A DNA stretch of 36,111 bases, taken from Catajapyx aquilonaris. Its lineage: Eukaryota. Positions 1 to 13,023 of this stretch are shown in pieces; within the stretch, counting starts at the first letter, position 1; every line of letters starts with the position of its first letter. The position numbers were made by a program, and so were the translations under genes. A model generated the notes under the pieces. It was given only the letters and a program-made list of their open reading frames with translations, searched no databases and had not been told where the DNA came from. The stretch spans positions 124,001 to 160,111 of the forward strand of contig KZ538454.1 in the NCBI GenBank assembly GCA_000934665.2, written 5' to 3'.

Positions 1-2499
1 TGCAAAAAAACAAAACAAAAAAAATGTGGACCTCAAATCAGATTAAAAGTTTGCATAAGAAGTATGTGCATAGAGCTGACCTATAGTCAAGATGACCTGT
101 ACTGATACGCTGTGTTTGTTCAAATAACGTGTACAGGAGCGTGTTAACTGAGCGTGACAGACTGTGACATGGAGGGTGGTGTTCAAAAATGTAATCGAAA
201 CTATTAAAATTTTGACATGGACGAAATTTGCCAATTTAAACAAATATTTTGTCATAAATTGACATGGGTGTCATTTGTCGTAACTATTACCTAGAAGTCC
301 TTTATTTTGATGGAGCATCTGCTATATGTTTACCTCGCAAGAAAGTGGGGGTCGATGCAAACACTGCATTTCTCCTCCAAAATTGCAGATGAAATAACTG
401 CGACGATGATTGTACGTCTCCATTCTGGCAAATTTACCGTGCTGCCGTTGAAATAACAGTCTTGGAAAACTGCTAATCATTAAAGCCCGTAATCCCGACC
501 CAGCTTGAGCCTTGGATGTGTTATATCTCCCCACTCCTTAGTGCACTTAATCTCCGGTTGACATTTAAAGTTAAAATAGATTAAATGGTGCTGAGAATGG
601 AACAGATAACACCGTCGCTTTTTTTTCCTTCAACATTGGTTCATATACAAATACTGTAGGGGGTTGCATGGCTGACTTTCTGACGTCATATGTTCCATGC
701 CGGCACACTGTATAGTCCCTCGAATTGTGGAAAGAGCAGACATGCGGCTATACCATACTGGGGGTAATGGCAACTACAAGAATTTTTATTCCATCTACCC
801 GTCCGAATGGGCAGGGACAAGGGAGCGTTTTTTTTTTGTGAAACAAAAAAAAGAGGGTAGGATGCAAGAGGGAAAAGTACTGAAAGTGATAATTAATTCG
901 GTTCTAAGCGCACGGCCAACCCCGATTTGGCCTTTTGATGAATGGGAAAAGAGAGGGTAGGAGTTAGTAGGCCTATCGTTGTGTGTCTGTATACCTACCG
1001 TATATATGTCATCACATCCAGCCAGCCAACCAACTCAACCAACCAAACACCCATCCGTCCATCCATCCAGAGAGGGAGAGATGGAATAAAAATTAGAGAG
1101 TAAAAAAATATACTGAGCGAAATGCATAGGCAACACTGGCGGCACATTATTTTCATGTTCGCAGCACTTTGATTCTGAATGCAAAAGTCTGCAAGTTATT
1201 TTTAAAACCCTATGTATTCAACGTGTAGGAATAATGGCCACATAATGGCCCCGCCATTGTTAATAATCAGCTTTTTTCCTAGTCGCTTCCCTTGAAAGAC
1301 AAATGGAAAAAAAAAAAAATCATTTCATGTTATTCGTCCATCCCTGACTGTTTACGTTTGGATTTGGAAGCTCATGCACGAATAATAATTATTACCGAGG
1401 CCCCAGCATGAAAAGTTAAAAGTGCCGTGTGTTGCTAATAGGTTACTGTAGCATATTAGCCTGAAGGTATTTGAATGTATTAGTACAAGTGCATATATAT
1501 GGACTTGTGAAGCGTACACAGCAGGATGGAATCATGAAAAGACCCCCAACAACAGGGTTATTATGTGGTTCCGGATCTGTTTTGCATGGCACGGATGGAG
1601 CGAGGGAGAGAGGGAAAGGGGGGGAAAGAGGGGGGGAGGGAAGAGCTAGAGAGAGAGGCCTCCGTATAATCCCGGTGGCGTTTCTCTAGTGCCCTGCCCT
1701 GACTGGCCTGCCCCGCCCCGACACGCCCCGGGGCCAACAAACCATACACTGGCAGGTGGACAGTGTATACACACACACATTCAATGAGTGTCGTCGATGA
1801 ATGAGGCGCTAATGCTGGAGGCGCACTTTGCTATTTGCATTTGTGAGGGGGGGGGGGGGTGATTTGCNGGGGGGGGGGGGGTGAATTGCGCTGACACAAG
1901 TTGTTTGCTCCAACCGGATTTACCTAGGTTCGTCTTAAGGCGGACATTAGCTAATCACTGAAATCAGCATGCTTTTTTTCTGTGGTCCAACCCGGTGTCG
2001 TCATGCAATGTCTACGAATTGTTTGATCGGACGACGTGTCATCCTTATTTATAGAACAGCCCTTGTTAACCTCGTCGGTAATACACGGATAAGGTACTAG
2101 ATAACACCGTAATCTTATCCGCCGTATAATTAGCTTCGGGGTAAATGGCATTTCCCTTTGTTACAAAAAGGCACGGCACTATATGGTGTACTAACATCAA
2201 ACACCGGCCGGATGACGAGGACATATCCAGAGGAACAATATATTTCATGCCGGATCGGGAAGAGAGAAAAAGATCGGCAACTTACGGAAGGGAAGAGGAG
2301 GAGCGTCTGCTGACCTGACCCTGACCTGGCCCGCGACTTGGGGGTTAGGAATATGGGGGATAGAAAAAAGAGAGAAAAATGTGTATCGGAGGATGACCGT
2401 CGTCGGTGGTCGTCCGTGGGCGAGTGGATCCTCCGACAGACAACCCCGACGCAAGCCTGGCTGAAGAGGCAGCGATTGGCGGGACAAGTACGCAGCCTC

Positions 2500-3293
2500 G
2501 CTAGCGGGGACGTGCATCCGGCAGGCGGCAGCACTGCGCAGAAGGGCGGGAAAAGCAGCGATTCTAAGAGTCGCCGGTAAGGATATATGGCTGGGGGGGA
2601 GTGGAGGGTAAGGGGAGCAGAAACGGGGGGGCCATTGGGTGGAGCGGCGCGGCTGCTTTGCTCAGTGCCAGCCCGCATCGGCTGACGGTCGGTCGGTCGG
2701 TCTCGGGGGTCTATCCGCATACCGGCGGAATAGCATCACATACATACCCCCACCCCCTAGCCCCATTCCGATATAATAAGCAGAAGATGACTAGTGAGTG
2801 AACTGAATGACCATCAGTGGCGGTCGTCCCAAGTGCGCGGTGGTGGTGACTGTGGGTCGTGGTGTGGAGGACCCGTCGTCCCAGGGCGGCCCGCCCCGAG
2901 GCGGCGAAGTGGCGGCGGCGGCGGTGGTGGTCGGTGCCACCAGCCGCGGCACATCCGGAGCCATAGAAGGGCAACAACAGCAGCATCAACAGCAGCATCA
3001 GCGACAGCGACAGGAGGGCAGCGTTGACCTTTGGCCCCCAAAGTGGATGGACACGGTAGGAGTTAGAGCCGATTCGGAGGAGGAAGAGAGGAGACAATTG
3101 GCAGTACTTGTGTGTGAAGGCGGCGCCTGCCTGGACCGGGGGGCGTGGCCTAGCCAAAGGGGTCTAGGAGGCCCCGCCCCCTCTTTGCCTTAGCCCCCCT
3201 TTTACCCCCCTTGCCTACAACAACCACCTTAACCCCCTCTCGCCAAAAACCGACCCCGAAACCCCCCTTCTGACCGGCCCCGCCCACCCCAAA
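2500..3293 (+). promoter_or_regulatory. GC/CpG-rich promoter and 5' leader region upstream of the cut start codon (TSS not located)
   Basis: Locally high GC, GGC and CAG/CAA triplet runs, and GC-box-like motifs (GGGGCGTGGC near 3140, GGCCCCGCCCC near 3170, CCCCGCCC near 3278) directly upstream of the ATG. Boundaries are approximate. Confidence 0.45.
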
Positions 3294-3374
3294 ATGGACA
3301 TCCAGGCTATGCAATCCGTGGACTGGCTCTTCAAGAAAGAACGGATCTACCTGTTAGCTCAATTTTGGCAACAA
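3294..3374 (+). CDS. ct: Homeobox protein cut (CUX family), first coding exon, 27 aa: MDIQAMQSVDWLFKKERIYLLAQFWQQ
   Basis: Manual translation. ATG sits in CAAAATG (insect-type Kozak) context, with an in-frame TAG upstream at 3165-3167 and no ATG between. The exon ends CAA|GTTAGT (phase-0 donor). The peptide closely resembles the Drosophila Cut N-terminus as I recall it (MDLTAVQSINDWFFKKEQIYLLAQFWQQ-RATLAEKEV) and continues in frame into the exon at 19735. Confidence 0.93.
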
Positions 3375-3696
3375 GTTAGTAGGCCCCTTCAGTGTGCTCT
3401 CATCCTCATGGCTTCTTCACTCGTTTAGTTCTGTGGTTTATTTATATCCCCTATATTAGCTTCCTATCCTCCCCATCCTTTTTGGCCTGACCTACAGGCA
3501 AAATCAACCTCGTAATTATGCGTGAGTCAACAACCAAGTTTCTGACCCAAACTATTCGACAAACCCCACCAAAAGTACTCGCCTTGGCACGCACCACGCA
3601 GACTCTGCCCTTAAGTTTTGTGACCGAGACCTAGTTTCGACCTGAGTTTGCTATTTAGGGTAAGAGGACATCATACCCGCCTGCTTCTGTCTATCT

Positions 3697-3792
3697 TCAC
3701 TCTAAACTTACTATGCAATAGTTGATAGTTGGAACTACACTATTTTTATTCAAATTTTTTTATAAAATCGCAAAATAGTAAGTTTAGAGTGA
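3697..3792. repeat. Perfect 18-bp inverted repeat with 60-nt spacer
   Basis: TCACTCTAAACTTACTAT (3697-3714) and its reverse complement ATAGTAAGTTTAGAGTGA (3775-3792). Confidence 0.9.
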
Positions 3793-6700
3793 TGTTATTT
3801 TCCAACTATTATTTGAACCATTTGGTGTTGTGTAGGTGTTAGAGTAGTGACCGTGTGTGCCCCCTCGAGTGGCCTGTGCCGGACAAGTGAATTTTTTTCT
3901 TCTTCAAACGATTGAACCTCACCGGATAATCCGGAACAAACTGTGGAAGCGTGACCAAAAATGCATCTCCCTGTATTCTAATTCAGTTTTCCAGGCCGAT
4001 AGTTTTTCAATCGCTATGTGTCAGTTTCGGATGGGTGCAAAGTTGGATGATTGTTGAGGCGGCGTTTTTTTGTGGCGAAAAAATTGGTGCCGGTTGGCTT
4101 CTTGCGTTTTTTGGGGGAGTAAAAACAAGTGTTAAATTGTGGGCAGGTTGAAGGAAAAGTTTTTTGGGATTGGTGGGCGATGCGGCGGTTCCGGTCACTT
4201 AGGTACTCAACCAGCCGAATACTCACCTCCACCTGTACTATCTCACCTTTTTTTTTTCTAACAAGGTGCTTAATTGGTGTTGCCAATTGGACACGGAGAC
4301 TGAGTCGGTCCAAAACGTATCTCGGCTTGATCAGCCGGGTCGATTGTTGTTTCTTGGCCGCTAATTGCCTTACTTATGACAAGAACTTGTTTCGATGTCA
4401 CCTCAACCGGAGACGCATTTTTAGGCGCAATTATTGTCGTTCCGGGTATGTGAGGGAGCGGAAAATCTAGGGAGTTATGTCAGTCGTAAATATGTAGTAG
4501 TAATTGTTGTATTCCGCATTTTTTGGGAGAAAAGTGGCGCGAGACGTGGTGTCAAACGCGTGCCGGAATTTGTCCCGGTGTAAAGTTTTGAGATTTTGTG
4601 TGGCAATAGCAAAGTGTTTCCGCGTGCAATATTAGTGTAATATTTTTTTTTAAAAAAAACTTATAAGCATGATCGACAGTAAGCCTTTCACTTGTAGGCT
4701 CGGGAACTTTGCTCTTTACACTTGCCGGTTTGTCCTTCCCTGTACAGGTCCCGGCCAATTGCATAAAATCAAATCTGATTATTATTAATATTAGTTGACA
4801 GCCTTTCCCTAACTACAGAAAGATTCTACTAACACTGTACATTTTGAAATATTAGTGAATTTACTAGTGCGAGTGATGATATTCATTTATGCGGTTGAAA
4901 ATTTGTGAAGTTTGGGAACTTGTACTCTCATCGTGCAAGTTTTGGGAAGAATAGTTGCCGGTTCAAATAGGTTGGTCATTCCGAAGTGTAAGTTGGAAAT
5001 TTTGATCTATATACTGTAATTTGGGACTATTTGCTCGTTAAAAATTGATAAGTCTCCAGACCGTTTAAACAACCAAAATATACTTCCGAATTTCATTTTT
5101 TTACCGCGCTTTGAAACTAGGGAGGTTCATTGGCGATACCCTGTATTAGACTTTCCTGGGCCGGTTCAAAAATCGGCGTTCTCCCGTGCAAATTCTTGGA
5201 GGTTCGGAATTGTATAGGCCTTACGTTGCATGTTCAGGTTGCAAGTGTCAAAATATGATCTAAAATTATTTTGAGTGTCAATTTCAACTGAAGGTGTTAT
5301 CTGAAAATTTGTGCCATCTTGATATTGTATTTTCGTCCGAAAATAGCGAAAATCACTCGCGACCGTACCGCGAACAATATCAATTGAAACACATGACAAA
5401 GTGTAAATCTTGAGTGAAAATTACAGAAACCGAAATATTTTAAGTTGTGACTTTTGGCTCCATATGTTAGCAAATATTAGTTGGGGTTCACGAAAAAGTT
5501 GTTGAATAGTGCAAATTACAAGTTCTTGGTTTCTTCGCTGTGCCCGACTGACGGTGCCAGTTGGGAAAATCTTGTCCTTCCACTTGCGGTGCGAGCATAA
5601 GCGCCAGCGAAGGTTTCCCAGGCGGATAATAAAAGTGACGTGTTTGTTTGTTCGGGAGAAGATCCCAGAGTTGGGTTTGGGGAGCGGTGCGTGGGCATGT
5701 GGAGTGTGAGGAAGGGTACAGGGTTGGGGGAGGGTTGGTGGATATTAGCCCACTTAAGTAGGGTAGGATTCTGGCACAGGTTGCCACCAAGTCCGATCCG
5801 TCACTCCTCTGGCTTGCCAAGGAGTCATGTTGACGAACCTGTGTTGTTACAAGAAGTGGGTATCGACGGCCCGCCTATGTCGAAACACTGCAGGCAACCT
5901 AGTGACGTCAAGACCATAAAATTTCGCCGCCTATTTATAATCGCCGACGAACAAAGGCGATTGGGGTTGACGAAGATGAGCCAACTTGACCTGGGTTTTT
6001 CAAAAGTTTTCTATAAGTTATTCCGCTTGCTCGAGCATGCCCCCAATAAACTTGCGCCGAACTTTTTTCCTCGATTATTTTTTTTTTTGCGAAACTTGCG
6101 CACTTTTTGTCGCCTCTTGCTAACGCATTTTGGGCCCAAAGGCGCCAAAGGGTGCGTGTACTTCAAATATATCCAGTGGCAAAAGGGGTTTTCTGAAGTG
6201 GACGTGCTGATTACTTGTTGTAAAGCTGCGGGTTACTGCGACTACTTATTTTTCGGGAAAATTGAAAGCAAAAGGCGTGTCGCAGCTTGGCGAGTTAATT
6301 ACGCGGCGTTTTCTTCGGGTATGTTTTGACGCCTTTTACGTTGTATAAATTATGTGTCAGTTACTGGTGTTTTTTGAGGGTAAAAAAATGGATATTGACA
6401 AGGGAGCAGTGCCATCTGGTGGGGAGGGTAGAACTCCTGAGGTTGAGGCTGAGGACACCAGGGCGCGCTTTCGACCTCTCCCCCCTTTTCCTTTGATGGC
6501 GAGAACCGAGGGGATGAGGGGTGGAGATGGGGGGTGGCTAATACAGTGTGGGTAAGCGGAGTGTCCGGCATGATTAGGAGGCAAAGGGGTTGAGATGAGG
6601 GTGGGGGGAGAAGCCCCCAGATATCGATTGGGCAGCAGCAGCCTCGAAGAGCTATGGCGGAAGGGGTCAGGTCATTGCGGACATCCAAAAGCAGAGATAT

Positions 6701-9700
6701 CCATCTCTATTTATCCGCACTATTAGCTTAATCTTATACTGCAGGGGGGTTCGAAACCTTACCTTTTTGGGGGGGGATAAGGGTCGACTGGACTGGAAGT
6801 CGAATAATTGCTCGCATGCGACTCGCTCTGCAAATATTTTATGGTGTTTTATGGTGTTATTGCTTCAAAAGGGGGATTGATTTGATGGCGATAGACCATG
6901 CTTATAGCAGGAGTGACCTTACCCCCATCGACCTTTCAGCAATTGCCACGATTTCTACCCCCCCTCACATTTGGATCGATCACGTCGTGTGGAGAAGGGG
7001 TGGGGTGGGCTGTTTATGCCTTCGACGTGAATATGATGGCGTATCGATTGAGAAACGTGTGAGCGCACCCAACATACAGAATCGTAAGATCTTGGCCTAA
7101 CGCGCTGGGTTTCCAAACCAGGCGGGCCGGACCGATCGGACTCACCCGCCTAAGTCCCGCCGACTTTCCCCGCTGTTGACCGTCTGTGGTGTTGCTGAGG
7201 TCATTAACTGTTTAAAAAGCGTGCTTGACCACGATGACCAATTTTTTTCACATCTACACTCAAAAAATTCCCACGGTCTATTAGGTATAGATAGATGTCC
7301 AGAAGTGGCCGTTGACTTTGGGGCAGAAGCTGTGGTTGTCCGCAGGCTTTTCGGCGGCGGAGGAAAAGCTGCGGTGTGTTTGGGGATGAGGGGGGGTGAG
7401 GGACACGTCGATGACCGCTGCAGCTTGATGCCAGGTCGTTTCGGGGCTGGGTGGAAATGGCCTCACGGGGTGCTCCCGGGTTTAATTCGGACTGATTGAA
7501 GATGATCTTGGGTAATGACGCGCTGTGACAGTTGACTGTCGGGATGAAGCATGGCAGCGCTTAATCTCGCGAATTATTGTCGTTATCGAGCGGAAAGGCT
7601 GGGTTTCGATTGTAAATAATGATGATTAATCGGATCGGCGGTTACACAGAGGGGGGAGGAGAGATTTGAGCAAAAAACCATGGGGGGGATCCAAATACGC
7701 ATGATTTTCCATGGTTTGCTGGACCCCAAAAAGGAAGCCGATGATTGACAGCCGGAATGATGTGCACGTCGTCAAGGTTGTCTTAGCTTGCGTGCATCGG
7801 ACGCACGGAAGGTCACGATTGGCCAAGTGGGACACAAGAAAGCGACTCCTTTTTATTCCACCCACCCATTTACATTGTACTAGGTATACCCCCTTTGCTC
7901 ATTATGCATTACTGCTTATTGAGCGATCAGGCCCGGGGGTTTTGTATCTTATCGGGCGAGGGCAGTTCCCCTCCCGACGTTGGGGTGTCCGGAAGCGCGA
8001 AAATCCGGGCCAATTCCCCGACGTCAGCGGTCACGCCAGGTCGCATGCCAAAAAGGCGCGCACTAAAGCGGCGCGCCTTCTCCGTGTCGTGAGATGGCGC
8101 AAAAATTGCTTTTCATTGCGATAGGAAGCCGAAGCACCAGATTGGAACTGGTTGCCACCGAATAAGCCCCGATTTGCGAGCAAATTGTTGGGGACACCCC
8201 CTGACAGATTCGGAGGTGCGTCGCTAGATGGCGTTGGTGTCATGTTTCATATTATGGCATATTTCATGTATTGTGTGTTTCCTATCGATGTCTGACACTC
8301 GGTGGTGGCAAAGTCAGCCGGTGGCAGTCATCGGAGTGGAGGTAGATAGGGTGTGACGTAGGTTGAGTTGATGTAGGCCGGTGCTGCGTGAAAAGGGTGG
8401 TGGTGTCCCTCCCCTCCCCCTCCCCGGGTGGGTCCCCAGGGGCGACCCTGACATGGAGGATGTCTTTGGCGCCGGATGGATGAATGGATGGGGAAACATC
8501 AGCTGGAATTGGCTGCGCTGGAAACCGTCCCCCATGGTCCTCCTTTAAAATGCGATAGAAGCGAGCGTCCGGGTGACAGCCATTGATTGACAGGTGGAAG
8601 GGGGCGGGGAAGGGTGGGAAAGGGAAAGAGAGAGAGAGGGGGGGGGGGTGAAAAAGCACGGAAAACGACGTTCGATTATTATGCTGACTCGTGATTTGGA
8701 GGGGCGGAAATTTCAGTTTGATGCCCCCCCCCCCCCACCCTATCCTACCCGCTGAATGTAGGCGGTATTTCTCCTATGCTTGGTGGTCAAAGCTGCCAAC
8801 CAACCGCAATAAGGGAAACGAGCCCTCTGCACCGATGATTACCTCCTCTTAAAAGGCCTCGGATCCGGAAGACTGCATATGAAAAAAGGGGAACCCCTTA
8901 CTATTATTATAAAACCCTCCCAGTGATTGTCATACCGACGACCGCAACACATCATTTTGCGGGAGAGTCAACAGTCGCATTTTCATTTGTGTACCCGCAT
9001 CTTTGACCAATCGGTACCAATCGTGTTTGAGTGCAGCTCTAATCGATGCCTATCTAATGAAACGATTGCCCCTGGTGTTTTCCAATCCATTTTGCTGGCC
9101 CGCTCTCTGGCAATCATGTGTTGATTTGGGGCACCAAATCAACCTACATTACGCTGTTACTCCCATGATTTTTTTAAACCCCCCAACAATGTGTTTGTCC
9201 TATTGAATCCCGCGTTTATTTACAAATTGAAGCATTTGACACAGGTCAATTGGGCTGCATATAAGCAAATCGTATAGGTGGTCCTCGCAACCGGCCCTAT
9301 ATGCGGATACACCCCTGTCTTCAGCGGATACACAAACGATTGCTTATGGGCGGACCACTAAATTGTATATTCAATGGTTCTTTTTTAGAGCAGTTATGTA
9401 ACACACTAGTTGGGTTGAGAAAATATAAGAAAAGACGCCAGTCGCAGTGACGTAATGGAGCAGTGTCAGATTAGCGAAATAAGTGAGGGGGATAACATAG
9501 GGTATGTCTGTCGGAGGGGAGGGCGTCTGTTAGGGACGGAGTTGGCAAAAGGAGTCGTCGGAGTAATCTCGTTTGGAAAGCGAGCGCGCGGAACGTTGGC
9601 TGGCTTGTGGCATCTGGATGCCTTCGAAGTCTCGGTCCAAACGGCATGTGTCAAGCCCATACTGACTTGATACACTTGCCTCCACGTTGATATTTTTTTT

Positions 9701-12700
9701 TTAGTGCACCCTTGTACTCTTCCGCACGTCCGCTCCTCCAGTTCGGGAAAAGAGTTGGGCGGTTGTCAGCACCAACGCTGTTGCAATGCACAGCTCGATA
9801 ATTCGGCCCCCGTCTTGAGGGCCCTGATGGCTTGTGGACATTTTTGTTTTGCCAGCAGGCAGCCAGTCAGCCAACCGCAGCAGGGCTGCTGGCTGCCTCT
9901 CCTTCGCCTCCCCCTCTCTGATTGAATCCAGCCCGCCGCCTCCTCCTCCTTTTCCGCCTTCCCCCTCTCCGGCTAATCAATAGCGATAGAACCGGCACAA
10001 CTTAACTGATGGGCCCGACAGCTACAGAGCGAGCTCAGAATGCCCAGCAACACCATATACTCCTTATTAATTCAGCGCAGGCTGGTGGACCATGAGTGGT
10101 GCTTGGTTCCACTGCAGGTAAATTAGTCTTCCATGCCATATGTGGGTACTCTGAAAGAACAAGAGGGGGGGGGGGGGGGGNGGGGGCGAAAAGAAAATTG
10201 GCGATTAGGTGATCACGCGAAGGAAATAGTGTTGGTTATTGAGACGGATCGATAGCAATGCGTAGGGTGCTCTATTTCTGTTTTATAGATTAGACTGCGG
10301 GTGGGTTCCAAGTCAACCGACTTTTCTTTGTTCGATGGACCAAATGTGGAGATAGTTTCTGAGAGGTCGTGGGAGTTGGTCTTAAGACGACCTCCCGTGG
10401 TCTGCTCGGATTACACTGCATCCTTCCCTAAGAAACAGCTGCCAGACATCTGGACTGTCCCTGCTTTTTCTGGTATGGTCATGACCATTCCTCAAAGACT
10501 GTGTTTACGCAACCGTCCCATGTATAGGATGGATCACAAAATTTTGAAACATGGCAACCCCTCGGTATATGATTATTACCAGAAGGGGGAGAACCCCCCT
10601 GGGCTATAGTGTAGGTAGCAATGCGATGAAAGTCACGCGTCTGATTAAACAGTGGATCGGGAGGGATACATGGATCATAAGGGAAGTCTTTATTAATGGG
10701 TTTCTTGCACGATAGTCCCCCCCTCCACTCCCTAAGGGGCTAGTGGGAGGAATAGGGCTGGGTAAAATTCGCGCCCCTTTTCATGTCCGGACGCGCCCCA
10801 TCAGGGTTGTCCAAAATGTATCGATCACTTTTAATGATTTATATCGCACGGAATTTGGGCAACCCTGTCTTAATAGGCCAATTGAGCCTGTATTGGTGGG
10901 CGGTATAGGTGTGTGGGTATGTAGTGCAGAGTCTATAGCAGAGGCGGGATCGGGTTGAGTGCGCAGGTGACTGGGCGTCCAAGGGACTTTCTCCGTTCGG
11001 ATCCTCATCGATGGATTGGAGCGGCGGGAAAAACCTGTTGCCAGCCTCCCCTTTTCGGGGGCGGGGCTCCAAAATGCAACGCAGCTCTGGACCCCCCCGA
11101 ATCGCCCACATACGCACCACCCCCCAAAAATAGTTTGATTGACATACGCATCTTACGGCTTAAGGCGGTGGTTAATGTGCCAGGAGGTATTATGTGGGTG
11201 GGAATTAATTCCGGATTCTTCGGGATGCGGAGATTAAGCTATGGACTGCTAAGTGGCTGTCCAACACTCGGTCTTGAGCTGGTGCAAAATCTACACGATT
11301 TTTGCGCTGGTTAATGGCCCAAGTTGAGCTCAGGTGAACCCGACGGTAATCAATCAATTAGGGGATCAGACTAGAACATTCGGGCTAACTACCTGTTAAT
11401 TTCATCATGCTGTAGGCTATGGAAAACTGGTAGTAAACCTAACACTATCGATAGAATTATTTTGGTCCGAATAATGCTTCGTGATCATTTGTTGGAATTA
11501 ATGTGTCGTATAGTGTGAGTCATGGTGGAAAAGACAGGATGGGGACTCGGAATCACGAAGCGTGGATTTGCTAGGGGGTAGGGTGGGGTCCAAAAGCACC
11601 TTCATTCTGAGCAGGGCCAAGCCACTTTGGCGCGCGCCGAACGTGCACCAATAAATTGTTTCCATTAGGATATTTGCATGGGAAGGTTCAGATCCGCCAA
11701 TGGATTCCGGGCTTTGGACGCGTGCCCGGACTCTGCGTCCGGACTCGCCTCGTTTCGGCACAAACCCCGGATCCTCCTCATCCTCTGCAGTAGAATCCAC
11801 CCCCTCACTTCCACCCCAACCTCCCCCCTACACTGCCAGCAAACATTGACCATAAATTCGGTCGTGTAAGGAATCTGCCAGTCCCCAGGTCCTGCTTTGA
11901 AAAAGTGCCCACCGCAAAAGCAATCCGGAAATGAAGGAATTGAGTTGTGGCAACCCTGTGGAAAAAATATATCTTGTATTTTTTTGGCGGGATGGGGGGG
12001 GGGGGGNGGGGGAGACCCGGATTTTCCAAGTTTTTTAAAAGACGGGTGAACCCTAGGGGTGGCGGCCATTTTGGGGCAATTAAACCGCGGCGTAAGTGAT
12101 TAATCGCTTATTACTCTGCCAACCAGCACACACGGCAAAGGCTAATTACCGCGACGCTTGGTTTTCTGGACCGACCTCCGCGATCTGAAGCTCCGATAAC
12201 CAAGAAAAATTAATTCGGTGGCAGCCCCGGGGGTGAGGTTTTTCGGTGAGGGGGATAGGGGGGCGAAATAGCTAGATTGGAGAGAAAAGTAGATGAATCT
12301 ATCACAGTGGAAACTGGTTGAAAAATTCCTGAAATTTTCATCAAATTTGTTGTAACTGCAGACGTCATAAGGAAACATTTAGCTAATCAAGCAGAAGTGG
12401 CGTATAGTAATCAAGCGAGAACCTAAGACGAATTTCCGTCTTTGTGTCTTGTAGTTGGGTGGATCGGAAGGAAAAGCAGAGGGGGTGGGGGGGGGGATAG
12501 TAGGGTGGAGGGGGTGGAAAGAGCTGGAGAGGACGAATTCCCAGCGAAGTGGCAGAGGATTATTTCCTAAAGCACTGGAATGCATTGATTTTCGGGTCGG
12601 TTGCAATTTAAACAGAAACGGAGGAGATCGGCAAGAGCTTCCCCAATGTGCAGGAAATGGGGAATAATACTATCTGGCACCCTTGTCAATGCTCACCGAG

Positions 12701-12802
12701 GGAATTTATTTTCCAAGACGAAGCCATTCACTCACTGCTTTGGTATGAGTATTATCATTACATTACAAACTGATGCATAAACTCGAATAAAATGTGGCAC
12801 CA

Positions 12803-13023
12803 GTGATGTAATTCGTTAGTGAATAAATTCACCAATGAATAAATTCGTCAGTGAGAAAATTCACAGATGAATAAATTGGTCAGTGAGCAAAATCACAGAT
12901 GAATAAATTGGTCAGTGAGCAAATTCACAGATGAATAAATTCGTCAGTGAGCAAATTCACAGATGAAGTGAGTATAAATTTGTCAACGAGTAATTCTCCA
13001 GGGAATGAATTCGCTAGTGAATG
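12803..13023. repeat. Minisatellite of 16-bp monomers arranged as a 32-bp A/B dimer
   Basis: ATGAATAAATT(C/G)GTCA alternates with GTGAG(C/A)AA(A/T)TCACAG-like monomers at 16-bp period from 12819 to 12962, with degenerate copies on both sides. Confidence 0.92.

Noticed and set aside
2130..2720. Minus-strand 196-aa ORF near the promoter
   Set aside because: GC-rich region with overlapping ORFs in several frames and no domain signal; likely chance.
5640..6329. 229-aa ORF
   Set aside because: Non-ATG start, no recognisable domain, composition typical of translated non-coding DNA, lies inside intron 1.
8053..8079. 9-bp GC hairpin AAGGCGCGC...GCGCGCCTT as a Helitron end or terminator
   Set aside because: Short, low complexity, no CTRR end at the expected spacing; intrinsic terminators are irrelevant here.
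12803..13023. Possible CRISPR-like array (also considered for 16047-16112 and 21874-21956)
   Set aside because: Units are contiguous with no unique spacers, there are no cas genes, and the context is a eukaryotic intron.
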